A DNA stretch of 64,000 nt from Minisyncoccota bacterium (GCA_021734945.1 JAIPIA010000003.1:156895-220894); one strand, 5' to 3'; positions 45,105 to 54,522 are shown, counted from the first letter of the stretch. Notes: a model not told the origin generated them from the letters alone. Numbers and translations are program-made.

Positions 45105-45351
45105 CACTAAAAATAAAATAACCTGCCATAAGGTATTTTTTTACATTCTATTCGACAAAACAAAAAGGATAGATTGAATCTTTACTTATGTTATTCTTTA
45201 GACATATGACCTATGAAGATTTTGAACAATATCAAAGAGATGAGGAAGAAAGAAGGCGTCGAGAAGGAAAACATCTTGATGATCAGAAAATTGATGCAAC
45301 TATAGATGAGGATAATAAATAAAAATAATATTTTACTCAAATATAAATTCA

Positions 45352-45873
45352 ATGAATACTGTTACTGCAAAACATCTACTAATCATTAACGGTGTACAAT
45401 TTAAAAAGAACCTCTCTCCTGATCGAGAGTTTATAGCAAGACTTGAAAAGGCCGCAGATTTTATAAAACACAACCCAATAGACAGCGTTGTAATTAGTGG
45501 TGGTTTCACTAGAAAGGGGTGTCCATCAGAAGCATCATTTGGGAAACAATATCTTAAAAAGCATACCAACATACCCATTTATAAAGAAGAAGGATCTTAT
45601 ACAACCATTGAGAATATAAAATTTACAAAGAAGATTTTTGTTGAATTCGATAAAATAACCGTTATAACAACGACAGGTAGGCTAACTAGGCTCAAATATC
45701 TCTACCAGACGATCTGGAAAGAAACTGCAGGTAAAATAGAATTTATAATAACTCCCCACTCCCAACATATTTTTCTACCTCTCCTAGAAACCTTCTACTT
45801 ACTCTACTCTTGGTTTGATATTCACGAAAAAATTTTACCTCGCGTTGCTAAGAGAATTCTAAGGAACAAATAG
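45352..45873 (+). CDS. DUF218 (YdcF/ElyC-like) domain protein
   Basis: SVVISGGFTRKGCPSEASFG ... YTTIENIKF matches the DUF218 core. Confidence 0.55.
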   Translation: MNTVTAKHLLIINGVQFKKNLSPDREFIARLEKAADFIKHNPIDSVVISGGFTRKGCPSEASFGKQYLKKHTNIPIYKEEGSYTTIENIKFTKKIFVEFDKITVITTTGRLTRLKYLYQTIWKETAGKIEFIITPHSQHIFLPLLETFYLLYSWFDIHEKILPRVAKRILRNK

Positions 45874-45915
45874 ATAAAAATTTCTCTCCTACAGTCGTTA
45901 TGCTAAAATAAAGGT

Positions 45916-46131
45916 ATGCCTGCACTTACAGATATTAAAACATACGCTACCTTTATATATGCGTTTCTTATGCTCGTATACTGGAGTGGTACATTTGTGA
46001 TTTTATACCACCTTATTCGTTTCGGTATTGGCAATCAACCAAAAAAAATTGCTGTTGTGTTTCTCAGTGGATCACTCATTCTTTCTATAATCACTACACT
46101 GTTTTTTGCTCAAGTAATTTTTACACAATAA
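45916..46131 (+). CDS. small two-TM membrane protein, hypothetical (YdbS-like position)
   Basis: 71 aa, immediately upstream of the bPH_2 gene. Confidence 0.3.
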   Translation: MPALTDIKTYATFIYAFLMLVYWSGTFVILYHLIRFGIGNQPKKIAVVFLSGSLILSIITTLFFAQVIFTQ

Positions 46132-46132
46132 T

Positions 46133-46981
46133 ATGTTTAATTTTTTAAAAAATACATCTTATACTTTCGAAGGTAAAAAAGATGAAGAAAGCGTGGTTCT
46201 ATTCCTCCATAGACATTGGTATGTTCTAACAGGAAAAATTACTACTATCCTTATAATGAGTCTTGTACCTATTCTCCTTCTTATTGTATTTGGACAACTT
46301 ATACTCTCTAATAATCTAATTCCTCTTTTTACGTTTCTTTGGGCTTCATACATTATGGCTCTTTGGTACTATCTCTTTTATGTACTAACAATGTACACTC
46401 TAGACTATTGGATAGTTACAAATGAACGTATAGTAAATAATATTCAACGAGGTTTTTTTAATCGAAGCATAGCTGAGCTTAGTATTCACATGATTCAAGA
46501 TGTTTCAGTAAAGTTAGTTGGAATGATACCGACCATGCTCAATTTTGGTTCTGTTGAAGTTCAAACAGCAGCAGAAGAGGGTCATTTTAAACTCCAAGAT
46601 GTTCCAAAACCTCAATCTGTAAAAGATAAAGTTATGGAAATAATAGAAGAAACGGAAAGCGAGTTAGGGCCACGAATGCATGGTATGACACAACGTCATC
46701 ATTTTCATCCAGACAAATATGTTATTCAAAGAATTAGTGAGGAAACAAAAAACAAACTTCCTGAGACAGATACAACTAGTGATGTTGAGATGGGTGAAAA
46801 TAATAATGAAGGTTTCTTTGATAATAAAAGCATAGACACAGTCAGTGATGAGGGATTAGATAAAGAGACCCAACTTAAGAGGCAAATTGAATGGCAGGAG
46901 CAAAACCGCATCAATGAAGATAATACTGGTAACAACGCTCCATCTAAAAGCAACTTTGTCCCACCAAACCTACCCCTATAA
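46133..46981 (+). CDS. membrane-flanked bacterial PH (bPH_2/DUF304, YdbT-like) domain protein with acidic C-terminal tail
   Basis: HRHWYVL motif, two TM helices, and a PH-like domain. Confidence 0.45.
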   Translation: MFNFLKNTSYTFEGKKDEESVVLFLHRHWYVLTGKITTILIMSLVPILLLIVFGQLILSNNLIPLFTFLWASYIMALWYYLFYVLTMYTLDYWIVTNERIVNNIQRGFFNRSIAELSIHMIQDVSVKLVGMIPTMLNFGSVEVQTAAEEGHFKLQDVPKPQSVKDKVMEIIEETESELGPRMHGMTQRHHFHPDKYVIQRISEETKNKLPETDTTSDVEMGENNNEGFFDNKSIDTVSDEGLDKETQLKRQIEWQEQNRINEDNTGNNAPSKSNFVPPNLPL

Positions 46982-47049
46982 AGCGCGGTCCGTATGGGTT
47001 TCCGAGAATTTTCTGGAAAGGATAACATTGCAAATAAAGGTCAATCTAA

Positions 47050-47085
47050 TAAAAATACCCTCCATCTCTGGTGGGTATTTTTACA
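47050..47085. terminator. bidirectional intrinsic terminator after rpsT
   Basis: AUACCCUCCA-UCUC-UGGUGGGUAU flanked by A and U tracts. Confidence 0.55.
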
Positions 47086-47111
47086 ACTAATCTATCTAGT
47101 CTAGCTTGAAA

Positions 47112-47375
47112 CTATGCGTTTCGCTTAATAAAAGCAGAGAGTCGTGATTTCTTTCGGTCAGCTGCACCTTTTTTGATTGTGCCAGCCTTTGCAGCCTTAT
47201 CTAGAGCACTGTAAGCCTCTGATATTGCTTTTGTAGCTTCTTTGATTTTCTTGTCTGCTACGAGCTTTTTAATGTCTTTGATAGCTACTTCTACCTTCTT
47301 CTGTCGTCGAATATTGTATACTCGCTTCTTTTCAGAACCTCGAAGTGCTTTTTTTGCTGATTTGATAATTGGCAT
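47112..47375 (-). CDS. rpsT: 30S ribosomal protein S20
   Basis: MPIIKSAKKALRGSEKKRVYNIRRQKK is canonical S20. Confidence 0.85.
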   Translation of the reverse strand: MPIIKSAKKALRGSEKKRVYNIRRQKKVEVAIKDIKKLVADKKIKEATKAISEAYSALDKAAKAGTIKKGAADRKKSRLSAFIKRNA

Positions 47376-47478
47376 ATGTAGTCAAGAATGTACCAAATAA
47401 AGACAGATTTGGCAAACTTTGTAAGAACGAGGACTCCAGCAAGCAAAACTTAGCCGAGTTTGATAGAATGAGTCCAAG

Positions 47479-48060
47479 ATGATTTCATACCTCAAAGGGA
47501 CTATTCAACACAAAGATATCAAATACGTAGTGATTATGACTAACGGCGGAGTTGGCTACAAAGTCTATACCACCCTTGAAACTCTTGGACAAAGCAGTAC
47601 AGGAGAACAGGTTGAATTATGGATTCACACAGTAGTAAGAGAGGACGCACTCGATCTATATGGGTTTAGCAACAAACGAAGTTTAGATTTTTTTGAACTT
47701 CTTTTGACTATATCTGGTATAGGTCCAAAATCTGCATTAGGAATTCTCAGTGCCACAACCGTTGACTCAATTATAGAAGCAATTACAACTGGAGAAAGTG
47801 CCTACCTCACAAAGATTGCTGGTATTGGAAAAAAAGTCGTAGAGAAAATTATTCTCGAACTCAAAGGTAAAATTGGTGATAACTTCGGAGCGAGTACAGA
47901 CTCATATGGAGTTGGTAATCATGATGTGGATACAATCGAGGCTCTTAAATCACTTGGGTATACACACAAAGAAGCTAAAGATGCTCTCGATGAAATTCCA
48001 AAAGATGTTAAGACCACAAGTGACAAGATTAAAGCTGCTTTAAAACTTCTCGGTCGGTAA
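47479..48060 (+). CDS. ruvA: Holliday junction DNA helicase RuvA
   Basis: OB domain, tandem HhH (ISGIGPKSALGIL, IAGIGKKVVEKI), C-terminal domain III. Confidence 0.85.
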   Translation: MISYLKGTIQHKDIKYVVIMTNGGVGYKVYTTLETLGQSSTGEQVELWIHTVVREDALDLYGFSNKRSLDFFELLLTISGIGPKSALGILSATTVDSIIEAITTGESAYLTKIAGIGKKVVEKIILELKGKIGDNFGASTDSYGVGNHDVDTIEALKSLGYTHKEAKDALDEIPKDVKTTSDKIKAALKLLGR

Positions 48061-48154
48061 GTTTTAAACATGTTATACACAGGTTTAAAACCTATTGGAC
48101 ACGGATTTAAAACACTTGTAAATCTGTACATCGTATAGAAATAAATTAAACACT

Positions 48155-49123
48155 ATGCCAGAACTACCTGAAGTTCAAACAACTGTTGATGGAATAAATA
48201 AGACTGTAAAAAACTTACAGATTATTGATGTGTGGACAAACTATAATAGTTCACACTATGCAGATAAAGATGAAATAAAGAACCCTACTTTTTTTAAAAA
48301 GTTTAAAGAAATAGCAATAGGATCGACGATAAAAAAAGCATCAAGAAAAGCTAAAAATATTCTGATTGAATTATCAAATGGATATACAATTCTGATTCAC
48401 ATGAAAATGACAGGCCATGTTATGTATGGAAAATATATATTCGACCCTGAAGGTAAAAATACAAACACAAGTGTAAACGGTGCTAGCGAAAATGTTGGAA
48501 CAGAGAAAGACCCTTGGAAAAGTACAGACGAGGGTCCCCTCAAAGATCCTTTTAATAGACACATCCGTTTGGTTTTCACCCTTAATAATGGGAAACATCT
48601 CGTTCTTTCTGATATGCGACGCTTCGCAAAAGTGACGGTACAGAAGACCACAACCATTGATGAGAGTTCTCATCTTAAATCAATTGGTCCAGAGCCTCTG
48701 GATCAAAACTTTACATATCAACTATTCGAATCAAGATTACTCACCAAGAAGAATGGAAAAATCAAAACCGTACTAATGGATCAATCTGTTTTTGCTGGGG
48801 TTGGAAATATTTATTCTGATGAAGCACTTTGGAGGGCTTCTATTAATCCAGAAGAAAAAGTTTCTAATATTCCTAAAGGTAACCTCAAAAAATTACACAT
48901 TTCAGTGATTGAGGTTCTTAGACAAGGTATTGATTTTGGAGGAGATTCAATGTCTGACTACAGAAACATATATGGAGAACGTGGACAGTTTCAATTGAAA
49001 CATCATGCGTATAGAAAAACCAACAAAGATTGTGACAAAAAAGGGTGCCAAGGAATAATCCAAAGAAAAGTAGTTGGTGGACGCAGCGCACATTTTTGTA
49101 GTGAACATCAAAAACTAAATTAA
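48155..49123 (+). CDS. mutM: formamidopyrimidine-DNA glycosylase (Fpg/Nei family)
   Basis: N-terminal MPELPEV, H2TH region, C-terminal zinc finger CDKKGCQGIIQRKVVGGRSAHFCSEHQ. Confidence 0.8.
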   Translation: MPELPEVQTTVDGINKTVKNLQIIDVWTNYNSSHYADKDEIKNPTFFKKFKEIAIGSTIKKASRKAKNILIELSNGYTILIHMKMTGHVMYGKYIFDPEGKNTNTSVNGASENVGTEKDPWKSTDEGPLKDPFNRHIRLVFTLNNGKHLVLSDMRRFAKVTVQKTTTIDESSHLKSIGPEPLDQNFTYQLFESRLLTKKNGKIKTVLMDQSVFAGVGNIYSDEALWRASINPEEKVSNIPKGNLKKLHISVIEVLRQGIDFGGDSMSDYRNIYGERGQFQLKHHAYRKTNKDCDKKGCQGIIQRKVVGGRSAHFCSEHQKLN

Positions 49124-49816
49124 TTCATATAGAATTATTCCAGCCGAAACGGAAACATTTAATGATTCTTTATTCCCTTTCATAGGAATATCAATACAAT
49201 CATCGCATAGTTTGAGTAACCCTTTTGGTATTCCAGTCACCTCAGTACCAAAAACAATTGCTAATTTTATTTCCTGCATCAGGTTATTACTTTTCGTCTT
49301 TTTGCCTTTCTTATTTTTATTTCTCTTAAATAAGTCTTTGAAAAAAACTTTATAGTCAATTGATCTTTCAGTTTGTTCAACAGCAATAATCCTAAATCCT
49401 TCATTTTTTAAATCACGCAATGCTTTCAAAGAAGAGTCTTTATATACCCAAGGAACGTCTTTTTCAGCACCAAGTGCTGTCTTAGCAATTTCCTTTTGTG
49501 GTCTATTAAACTTGTCTACAGGTCGAGGAGAATAACCAGCTAGTACGATTTCAGAAACACCAACAGCATCACACGTCCGAAAAATTGAGCCCACATTATA
49601 AGAACTCCTAATATCTGGAAGAACCACAACAACTTTCATACTATTATTAGATTTCATATATATTTCGGTTATACCATAAAGATATAAAGAATGATAATAT
49701 AGAACAATCATGACAAATCCATTCCCAGAGCTTTTAACTTTCTCTTTACTCGCCCCAACATTACTTAGACTAACTTTAGGTATTTTTGTAATACTACTTG
49801 GATACAACAAACTCAA
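49115..49816 (-). CDS. SpoU/TrmH-family RNA 2'-O-methyltransferase; start likely MKSNNSMKVVVVL
   Basis: SPOUT motifs VGSIFRTCDAVGV, LAIVFGTEVTGIP, NVSVSAGIILYEL. Confidence 0.75.
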   Translation of the reverse strand: MSLLYPSSITKIPKVSLSNVGASKEKVKSSGNGFVMIVLYYHSLYLYGITEIYMKSNNSMKVVVVLPDIRSSYNVGSIFRTCDAVGVSEIVLAGYSPRPVDKFNRPQKEIAKTALGAEKDVPWVYKDSSLKALRDLKNEGFRIIAVEQTERSIDYKVFFKDLFKRNKNKKGKKTKSNNLMQEIKLAIVFGTEVTGIPKGLLKLCDDCIDIPMKGNKESLNVSVSAGIILYELI

Positions 49817-50114
49817 AAACCCACAAAAAGGAATAGTTGATTTTTTTGAAGCACTAAGCTTTAAACCGAGTTCATACTATATAAAGACCCTTTCTATTGC
49901 AGAAATTGTTATGGGTATCGCTCTCTTTTTCGGCTTTCTTACTCAAATAGCAGCATTAGTAGTAGCGATAATTACTTTTGTTTCACTTCTAGTTACAATA
50001 AGGCACCCGGAAGCAGGACTTCAAAAAGCTTCTCTGTACACTCTATTTTTTGTAATATCTATCTCTCTCGTCCTCACAGGAGCTGGGCTTATAGCTATCG
50101 ACTTACCTCTCTAG
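49710..50114 (+). CDS. DoxX-family membrane protein
   Basis: 134 aa with 4 TM helices and a DoxX-like N-terminus. Confidence 0.45.
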   Translation: MTNPFPELLTFSLLAPTLLRLTLGIFVILLGYNKLKNPQKGIVDFFEALSFKPSSYYIKTLSIAEIVMGIALFFGFLTQIAALVVAIITFVSLLVTIRHPEAGLQKASLYTLFFVISISLVLTGAGLIAIDLPL

Positions 50115-50278
50115 TCCAAGGAAACACATAACCAATAACTGAGTAAAATTTAGTAAAGAAGACTTAGTTAGGGTTGCTACTTTAGTATTTTCTGATATAT
50201 TTCTTGGTATTCTGTTTGTTTTTTGAGGCCTGTATTTTATAGGTCAAAATATGAACAATATAGATACAGATTAGACAT

Positions 50279-50351
50279 GCGCTCGTAGCTCAGTCGGTAG
50301 AGCAGCTCCCTTTTAAGGAGATGGTCGTAGGTTCGATTCCTACCGAGCGCA
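50279..50351 (+). tRNA. tRNA-Lys (anticodon UUU); CCA not encoded
   Basis: GCGCUCGUAGCUCAGUCGGUAGAGCAGCUCCCUUUUAAGGAGAUGGUCGUAGGUUCGAUUCCUACCGAGCGCA. Confidence 0.9.
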
Positions 50352-50361
50352 CAAAGATTCA

Positions 50362-50394
50362 AAAACCCAGACTGCTCTGCTGCAGTCTTTTTTC
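50362..50394 (+). terminator. intrinsic terminator after tRNA-Lys
   Basis: AGACUGC-UCUGCU-GCAGUCU followed by UUUUUU. Confidence 0.6.
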
Positions 50395-50496
50395 GTACAT
50401 GGGCGAGACGGAGCTATGTCGAGTCAGCAGATGAGACAAGCGAGGCGGGGTCGAGGAAATCTGCGAGCGACCGGCGAGTAGATTATCCGTGACCAC
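50395..50496 (+). repeat. GC-rich ~100-nt element, copy A of the duplicated tRNA-adjacent module; followed by a second weak hairpin and U-tract
   Basis: GUACAUGGGCGAGACGGAGCUAUGUCGAGUCAGCAGAUGAGACAAGCGAG ... GUGACCAC; the 5' ~45 nt are near-identical to the minus-strand copy at 32639-32732. Confidence 0.45.
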
Positions 50497-50529
50497 TAAC
50501 TTTCGTGGTTTTGGTATACTTATATTTAA

Positions 50530-51333
50530 ATGAAAACTCTCCTTATCGACAAAGATCGCTACATGATAAAAACTGCGAATCTGGACAAAATCACCGGCAA
50601 ATGGAAAGACGCTGTCGATGCTGCAATTGATGTATATAAAAAAGTATTCGGTGAAAGCTTGGTGTCCGTATATGTTGGAGGAAGTGTTGCCTGCGGTGAA
50701 GCGATAGAAAGTAAGTCTGACATTGACACATATGCTGTTTTAAATATTCCACAAGAGAAAGTTGAAGAGATTGTTAAGACAACGCTCGACGGAGAAAGAT
50801 TAAGGCTTGATAGTGAATTTCCATTTCTCACAAAATTTGAAATGCATGCGTATTCACTTGATATTTTAGGTATTCGAAAACAATTTCAGTTGAGAATTTT
50901 AGCGGTTTGCGTGTACGGTAAAAATTTTGACGCAGATTTCCCAAATTACCCCTTAACAAGAGAAACGTTCCAAAAAGTGCGAATAAGCATGTCCGGCGAT
51001 ATTGAAAAAGCTCGATTGCAACTACAGAAAGCTGATTTGAGTCAGCCTGAATATTCTAAGTATGTTGCAACTGGTGCTCGATGGGTCGCAAAGAGATTGA
51101 TTCGAAACGCAGGAACATTAGCACTTTGGAAGGAAAATTTTTACACAATGAACGTACCAATGATGGCTGAAATATTCGCAGAAGCATATCCAGATAAAAA
51201 GGCAGAGATTGGGGTTCTGCTGAGTTGGGTTGAAAATCCACCAAGTGACGCAAATGTAGTCTTGAATGTTTTAGACACATTTGGTAAATGGCTCATTGAG
51301 GAAGATGAGAGGGTGTTTGGAAAAATGGAGTGA
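50530..51333 (+). CDS. AadA-like ANT(3'')/ANT(9)-family nucleotidyltransferase (aminoglycoside adenylyltransferase-like)
   Basis: NTase motif VSVYVGGSVACGEAIESKSDIDTYAVL and a C-terminal helical (DUF4111-like) domain; 267 aa matches the family size. Confidence 0.55.
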   Translation: MKTLLIDKDRYMIKTANLDKITGKWKDAVDAAIDVYKKVFGESLVSVYVGGSVACGEAIESKSDIDTYAVLNIPQEKVEEIVKTTLDGERLRLDSEFPFLTKFEMHAYSLDILGIRKQFQLRILAVCVYGKNFDADFPNYPLTRETFQKVRISMSGDIEKARLQLQKADLSQPEYSKYVATGARWVAKRLIRNAGTLALWKENFYTMNVPMMAEIFAEAYPDKKAEIGVLLSWVENPPSDANVVLNVLDTFGKWLIEEDERVFGKME

Positions 51334-51464
51334 TATATAAAAATTTGCTCAATTAATTCCCTTAAGGTTTAAGCAGCCTCCTCCCTTTGCAAAGCTCTAA
51401 TAAACAACAACTTATTATAAAGACCATCCATATACTCCCTGTTGGACAGGATAGTTATAATATC

Positions 51465-51545
51465 GTTACGTCTGCCGCACAGTAAAATAAAATGGTCTGC
51501 CATAAGGTATGGCTATTTTATTTACACCCGTTCGATAGGATGAGA
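51465..51545 (+). repeat. partial duplicate of tRNA-Arg 3' end plus ~60 nt of its downstream flank (copy of ~45090-45175)
   Basis: cgtctgccgcacag-taaaataaaatggtctgccataaggtat ... acacccgttcgatagg parallels tRNA-Arg 3' cctgccgagagcacac-taaaaataaaataacctgccataaggtat ... acattctattcgacaaaac ... ggatag. Confidence 0.45.
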
Positions 51546-51646
51546 AAGCCGGACTGAAGCTTCGATGTGAACTAATACGATTTAGTTAGTGAACCAGAAG
51601 CAAAAGAGGAGGGGTCAACAGGACTTTTGTATAACAAAAAGAAAGG

Positions 51647-51671
51647 GTGACCGATTCCTACCAAGCGCACA
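51647..51671 (+). repeat. direct repeat of the tRNA-Lys 3' end (att-like), ~1.3 kb downstream of the tRNA
   Basis: GUGACCGAUUCCUACCAAGCGCACA versus tRNA-Lys 3' GGUUCGAUUCCUACCGAGCGCACA (20 of 21 matches from CGAUUCC); followed by an AGACUGC-containing U-rich tract like the tRNA-Lys terminator. Confidence 0.5.
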
Positions 51672-51746
51672 TGACAAAAAAGACTGCACTACTTCATTCT
51701 TTTTTTTACACATCCACGATATCAATACTTTGCTATACTTGTTTTC

Positions 51747-52775
51747 ATGAATAGACCTGAAAAACATCTATCCTTCGAAACTCCAACAGGAAAAAGTCGC
51801 CAAGAACTCACAAACGACGCAGTTATCTTTCTAGAAAAGACTGGCGCGTTCGAACTTTTTAATGACCCAGTCAGAAAATCTGAATGGATTCAAACAACAA
51901 CAGCAGAAGAAGCTGAACAATATATTGAGAGATTAAATGGGATTTTAATAGGAAACCCGATTTATAAAAGAGAGATATATGAAAATCCAGGTATCCTTGT
52001 TGATCCAGATGATAATTTAGTCGACAAACCTACAAACCCAGAAATATCAAGACACCTTTTCAGAGATCTTATTTTTCCAGCGTGTCAAAGAATACCTATT
52101 AATGATGCCTCTGAACTTATGGCAACGTCGATAAATTTACTTCACATGTTTCCGGACGGTAATGGCAGGACGTCTCGATCGACTTATTCCCTCTTTTTTG
52201 AACCTACTCGTGCAAAAATTAAACCACAAGAAAGGAAAGAATTTTTAGAGTGGCAGACAGGAGAACAAAAAGGTGTATTAAATTGGAATCCTCGTTTAAT
52301 TAGATCTAATATTAATTCAATTATTAGAAATAGAATTGATTCAACCAAACCAAGCTTTTTAGAAGCACAAGAATCTTCTGCATTTCCTGAAGAGATATTG
52401 AATTACAAAGGAGAAAACCTTGCTATACAATCTTTAAGAGAAACTTGTCTTTCGAGAGACCCTGATGTCGCTATGGCACTTATTATGCACGCAGGTCGAA
52501 ATGAACTTAACCCAGACGAATTCATTGTAAAAGGAAACAAACTTCTCAATAACCAAAAGATTCTTGAGAGTGTGGATGAATCAACTGCAGTAAGTGTTCT
52601 GGAGTGTCTCGAAACAATTAAGATGCTAAGGGTGGTCACACTTGTTGATGTTTTTGAACACCCAAATGAATATAAAAGCCCGATTGATACCTATAACCTA
52701 AAAGAATATTTTGAATTACTTGTAAAAACAAAAGCTCTTCAAGAACAAAATCCTGATTTAGATATTTCATCCTAA
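51747..52775 (+). CDS. Fic/Doc-family protein (putative AMPylase/toxin-like)
   Basis: Canonical Fic motif HMFPDGNGRTSR (HxFx[DE]GNGRxxR); no (S/T)xxxE(G/N) inhibitory motif found by eye. Confidence 0.7.
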   Translation: MNRPEKHLSFETPTGKSRQELTNDAVIFLEKTGAFELFNDPVRKSEWIQTTTAEEAEQYIERLNGILIGNPIYKREIYENPGILVDPDDNLVDKPTNPEISRHLFRDLIFPACQRIPINDASELMATSINLLHMFPDGNGRTSRSTYSLFFEPTRAKIKPQERKEFLEWQTGEQKGVLNWNPRLIRSNINSIIRNRIDSTKPSFLEAQESSAFPEEILNYKGENLAIQSLRETCLSRDPDVAMALIMHAGRNELNPDEFIVKGNKLLNNQKILESVDESTAVSVLECLETIKMLRVVTLVDVFEHPNEYKSPIDTYNLKEYFELLVKTKALQEQNPDLDISS

Positions 52776-52823
52776 ATTATTTTACCTACAACTATGGATT
52801 CTCTTACCACATTCCTCTCTTCA

Positions 52824-53558
52824 CTAAGAGAAACACAACCTCTCCAACTCAATCATAAAATCAACTTCTCCTCTATGTGCCTTGTGATACATATCCAACA
52901 GACTATCCAAAAAAATCGCTAACTCCTCTTTTTTCCAATTCTTTTTGAAACTTTGGCATTTTGAAAACGTATAAGGTTTCATATCAACATCATGAGCAGA
53001 CTGAGCATCATAAGCCATATATAAAGACTTAAATTGCCACCATACTACTCCGTGAATTTCCTCAGCCGCCAAACTATCCAAAGAAAGTTCCTGAAATAGT
53101 TTCCATGAATTCACTTTATTCCGCGAAGCAAGGGCATCAGCAAATGCAAATGTTTGTGGTGCTTTTTTACCACCACCAATAGTGCCTTCGCCACCAATTA
53201 CTTTTAGATTATGTTCCTCTATTTTTTCAGCCTTCTTTTCAAGTTTTGTAAGTAAAGCTTTATTAATTTTTGAATCCAATATTATACAAACATGCTCCGA
53301 CCCACTCAATTCTCCTATCCTCTCTTCAATATAATCAACTGATTCTTTATTAGAAATAAGTGAGTCCAAAATAATAATATTTTTGGGAGTAAAAAGATTC
53401 ACCCCAGAGAGCACTTCATCCAAAAAACCTTGATTCCAATTTTCAGGAGACAGACGAAAGAGAGTAGCGTCAGGACGCTTTGACTGCAAAACACCTACCA
53501 AGGATTGGAGTTTACTTCTGCCTTTTTGAGTATCTGTTCCATGTATTACGTAAAGCAT
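52824..53558 (-). CDS. holA: DNA polymerase III delta subunit-like (HolA), reduced form
   Basis: N-terminal YVIHGTD ... LFRL pattern resembles the delta-subunit start. Confidence 0.45.
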   Translation of the reverse strand: MLYVIHGTDTQKGRSKLQSLVGVLQSKRPDATLFRLSPENWNQGFLDEVLSGVNLFTPKNIIILDSLISNKESVDYIEERIGELSGSEHVCIILDSKINKALLTKLEKKAEKIEEHNLKVIGGEGTIGGGKKAPQTFAFADALASRNKVNSWKLFQELSLDSLAAEEIHGVVWWQFKSLYMAYDAQSAHDVDMKPYTFSKCQSFKKNWKKEELAIFLDSLLDMYHKAHRGEVDFMIELERLCFS

Positions 53559-53634
53559 TTTTTAACATTGTACCTGTATCTAGGATGGTTCGCCACTATT
53601 TCATTTTGCCTAAAATATGATTTTACTCCTCTGA

Positions 53635-54399
53635 CTACCTCTCCTTCAAATTTGACCAAGAAGCATCAAATATAGACTTAAATGTATTAGATATTGAAAC
53701 ATCCTCAATACGTATCGCAAAGACATTTTTTTCTTGCAGCCTAAATATTGCTACACAATTATCAAAAATAATCGTGTCATTTTCAATGTCTTTTGAAGGA
53801 GAGGTTTTAAACTTATATGTAGAACCAGAAATCTGACGCACATGCTTTGCATACCTTATTGAAGACTTATTATCAGCAATAATTTCTTTTGTATTAATTT
53901 GTCTTTCGTTTATCATTTCTGCCAACTGTATATATGTATCCTCAAAAATATGATATACACCGCCTATATTTGACCAAACTCTCAAACTTTTAGATGAACC
54001 TATCTCTTTATACAACTCTCTTACGTGCGTGATTCCCTCAAGAACCCTAACTTGGGGTTTACCTAGGTGGCTCAAATTTTTTTGATACGTATCACTCAGA
54101 GATTCAATAGTTATTTGATCAAGAGCTACTTGTTCTAAAAGAATTTTTGGGTCGCACGCCTTAAAATATGTTTTTTTATTTATTTGAATCTTTTCAACGA
54201 GACCTCTAGTAATTAATTCTTGCAATTGTATATACGCAGTAGGTCTTTTAATGTTTGTAATCTGGGATAAGTGAGCAACGGTCGTCACTCCACTTCCAAT
54301 AGCTGCCTTATACAGATTTAGAGATTTTTCACTTAAACCAAATGAATTCATATATCTACACAATATCAACTTAATCAATTTTGTCAATATAACTGACAA
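53635..54399 (-). CDS. TrmB-family transcriptional regulator; start likely MNSFGLSEK
   Basis: N-terminal wHTH FGLSEKSLNLYKAAIGSGVTTVAHLSQITNIKRPTAYIQLQELITRGLVEK plus C-terminal TrmB-like domain. Confidence 0.6.
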   Translation of the reverse strand: MSVILTKLIKLILCRYMNSFGLSEKSLNLYKAAIGSGVTTVAHLSQITNIKRPTAYIQLQELITRGLVEKIQINKKTYFKACDPKILLEQVALDQITIESLSDTYQKNLSHLGKPQVRVLEGITHVRELYKEIGSSKSLRVWSNIGGVYHIFEDTYIQLAEMINERQINTKEIIADNKSSIRYAKHVRQISGSTYKFKTSPSKDIENDTIIFDNCVAIFRLQEKNVFAIRIEDVSISNTFKSIFDASWSNLKER

Positions 54400-54522
54400 A
54401 TTATGAATATATCGTACCTAAAAATAAGCTTTATTTAAAATAAATATAAGTTTTTGCCATTATTATTAACATAATTCCCTTCTTTACGTATGATTTTCGA
54501 AATTATTAATATTTAAACTATT

